From IMG/VR virus record IMGVR_UViG_3300025519_000001, positions 32,001 to 96,000 of that record: 64,000 nt of DNA; one strand, given 5' to 3'. Origin of the DNA: a virus. Positions 62,198 through 64,000 of this stretch are shown one piece after another. Numbering within the stretch: position 1 is the stretch's first letter; each line of letters opens with the position of its first letter. The translations under genes and the position numbers were made by a program. The notes under the pieces are model-generated. The model ran no database searches, had not been told where the DNA came from, and saw only the letters and a list, made by a program, of their open reading frames with translations.

Positions 62198-62938
62198 TTA
62201 TTGTTTTTTTAGATATATCTCGACTTCTTTAATATATTTTCCAACAGTTTGTCTATTAAGTCCGTACATTTCTGCTATCTGAATTCGAGTTAATTTATCT
62301 TTCTTGTTTAACTCATACATTTTAAGTTTTTCATCGAAAGTGAAATACTTTCCAGGGAAGCGAGCTTTTATCATATTTTCCACATGCTCTTTACTTTGCT
62401 TTCTTCCAGTTAATGCTCTTCTCATATTCTCAATATGTTGCGGCGACAATCCACCATAATTTACATTATTTTTACCCTTGCGCAATTCACTTAATTTCTT
62501 TCTTGTCTCTTCACTATGTTTAAATCCTTTTAATTTTTTCCTGATTTTTTCACGATGTTCTAAAGTTATAACCTTACCTTTGTTTGACTCGCTAATTTTT
62601 CTTCTAACTTCTTCTGGCCATTCAAAATTATCATATCCACCGTGTCGATTATTGAAACCATGCTGCAATGAATCATAGTAGTCAATATAGTATTTTTCTT
62701 TTTCATCAAGTTCTTCTATTGAACAGTATTCTAACACTTCAAATTTAAAGTAATTTTCACCATGTTTATTATAAGAATTCTGAAGATGTTTATTTGGATG
62801 ACAATTGTATTTTAACCATCTTTTATGAGTTTCTAATCTCATGTTTACATTCTTACTTACACCGATATAACACTTTCCATTTGCTGTATTTGTTATCTTA
62901 TATACACCACTGACAATAAGAGTCGCCGGAACTGGCAT
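62198..62938 (-). CDS. GIY-YIG homing endonuclease with NUMOD3 repeats and HTH
   Basis: GVYKITN...YIGVS, R...H, E..YI; HSEETRKKLSE. Confidence 0.9.
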   Translation of the reverse strand: MPVPATLIVSGVYKITNTANGKCYIGVSKNVNMRLETHKRWLKYNCHPNKHLQNSYNKHGENYFKFEVLEYCSIEELDEKEKYYIDYYDSLQHGFNNRHGGYDNFEWPEEVRRKISESNKGKVITLEHREKIRKKLKGFKHSEETRKKLSELRKGKNNVNYGGLSPQHIENMRRALTGRKQSKEHVENMIKARFPGKYFTFDEKLKMYELNKKDKLTRIQIAEMYGLNRQTVGKYIKEVEIYLKKQ

Positions 62939-62952
62939 TAAAACCACCTCAA

Positions 62953-63984
62953 TTAAACAGCATCAGCCTCTACTTTAATATCAAAAGTGCCACTACCAAC
63001 TGCCGTATCACTAGTGCTTAATCTTACATAAAATTCAATTGTTTCATCAAAATTTAATTGTTGATCATATATCAAATAACTTTCCGCAACAAATGGATTA
63101 TTAGATTTGCTCAATTCTATCGTTAATCCCTCAACATCTGTTTCTGTAGTTAGTCTAATATTTTTTACATTAAAAGGATATGTGTTTGTCAAAATAACCT
63201 TTACATCTAATGAGGTTTGACCAGAAATCATAGTATTAAAATCAAGATATTGAAGAATCTCTCCAAATGATGTTGAATAGTATTGTTGGGATGTATCCAT
63301 GAACATTAGACCTGAATATTTCTTATCAAGCTCGCTATAATTAATTGTTATTGATGATACAGTTGGTGTAATAGTAGTGATTTTAGAATTTGCAGATAAT
63401 GAGTTTACTTCTAAAACTTCATTTGAATTGTTTTGCTCTAAATAATAAGCAAAGCGAATGTTATTACTGTATAAACCAAGTTCTTCCCATTGAGATTGAG
63501 TTATTGCATTAAATTCTGCACTTGTCATCCCATTTTCTTTTATATCTAATAAATTAGTAACATCTACAAAAATCCAATTATTACTTTTAAAAGATTTCCA
63601 CGAGTTTCCATTATCATTACTAGTAATAATTTTAAAAATTGGCCCTGATTCTTCAATATCTTCTAATTGGATGTTTTGTAATTCTCCATTAAAACTAACA
63701 TCTTTAATCTGTTTAACAATCTGTGGCTTAGGTATGGCATTTATTGTAATTGCATTTAAATCATTACTAGCCTCATTCCAAATCAAAATTTCAAAATTAG
63801 AAAGTTCTAAGACTGTATTAGAAGCATATGATAATTCATATTCGCTCAATCCATAATTCACAAACAAATCTTTATTTAATGAATTGCTTGTGCTTATAAT
63901 TTCCCAAGAAGCATTAGAAGAATTATAAGTTAAAATATTATTTTCTTTTTCAACTAGTATAAGAGGATTGTTACCATATGGCAA
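62953..63984 (-). CDS. putative structural protein (5' end may extend beyond window)
   Basis: C-terminal domain (YLDF..ISG.TS..VK...LSKSNNPF...FYVR) paralogous to C-terminus of 58095-60821. Confidence 0.55.
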   Translation of the reverse strand: MPYGNNPLILVEKENNILTYNSSNASWEIISTSNSLNKDLFVNYGLSEYELSYASNTVLELSNFEILIWNEASNDLNAITINAIPKPQIVKQIKDVSFNGELQNIQLEDIEESGPIFKIITSNDNGNSWKSFKSNNWIFVDVTNLLDIKENGMTSAEFNAITQSQWEELGLYSNNIRFAYYLEQNNSNEVLEVNSLSANSKITTITPTVSSITINYSELDKKYSGLMFMDTSQQYYSTSFGEILQYLDFNTMISGQTSLDVKVILTNTYPFNVKNIRLTTETDVEGLTIELSKSNNPFVAESYLIYDQQLNFDETIEFYVRLSTSDTAVGSGTFDIKVEADAV

Positions 63985-64000
63985 AAAACCAACTGGAGGC

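Noticed and set aside
1772-63856. Many short antisense or alternate-frame ORFs in the track (e.g. 4706-5197, 41248-41592, 40541-40774)
   Set aside because: They overlap well-supported genes or the CRISPR array and have shadow-like composition
1-64000. tRNA/rRNA genes and arbitrium aimRPX
   Set aside because: No cloverleaf or T-loop signatures and no TPR receptor-peptide pair noticed; a tRNAscan-SE run would confirm

Overview
AT-rich 64 kb segment of a large temperate Bacillota phage with SPbeta-like organisation. Bases 1-54.3 kb lie almost all on the + strand. They carry a YopQ/YopR(MrpR)-like lysogeny pair, replication genes (SSB-like, Sak4-like ATPase, DnaB-like helicase, primase, RecJ, DnaE, RecU), nucleotide metabolism (nrdIEF, thyA, DHFR, dNMP kinase, nucleotidase), three DNA methyltransferases, a PNKP-RNA ligase fusion, dozens of small accessory ORFs, and a large serine integrase with a probable attP. 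Bases 54.4-64 kb lie on the - strand and encode lysis and tail/receptor-binding proteins. Two observations stand out. (1) A compact type V-F CRISPR locus at 40.4-42.8 kb: an AsCas12f1-like nuclease with an intact RuvC triad and a ~65-aa charged insertion, no cas1/cas2, flanked on both sides by separate leader+tracrRNA+repeat units whose repeats and anti-repeats co-vary. (2) About 29 copies of an 18-bp palindrome, ATRAAA-N6-TTTYAT, sitting at gene junctions. The palindrome often supplies the stop codon of the upstream gene and it brackets the CRISPR locus, which suggests an integron-like cassette or recombination-site system, or a dispersed protein-binding array. Also seen: ATA/ATT/ATC start codons on core replication genes, a deaminase reachable only through an A_AAA_AAG -1 shift, and two TnpB (IS200/IS605) elements. 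All family assignments come from motif recognition by eye; no searches were run.
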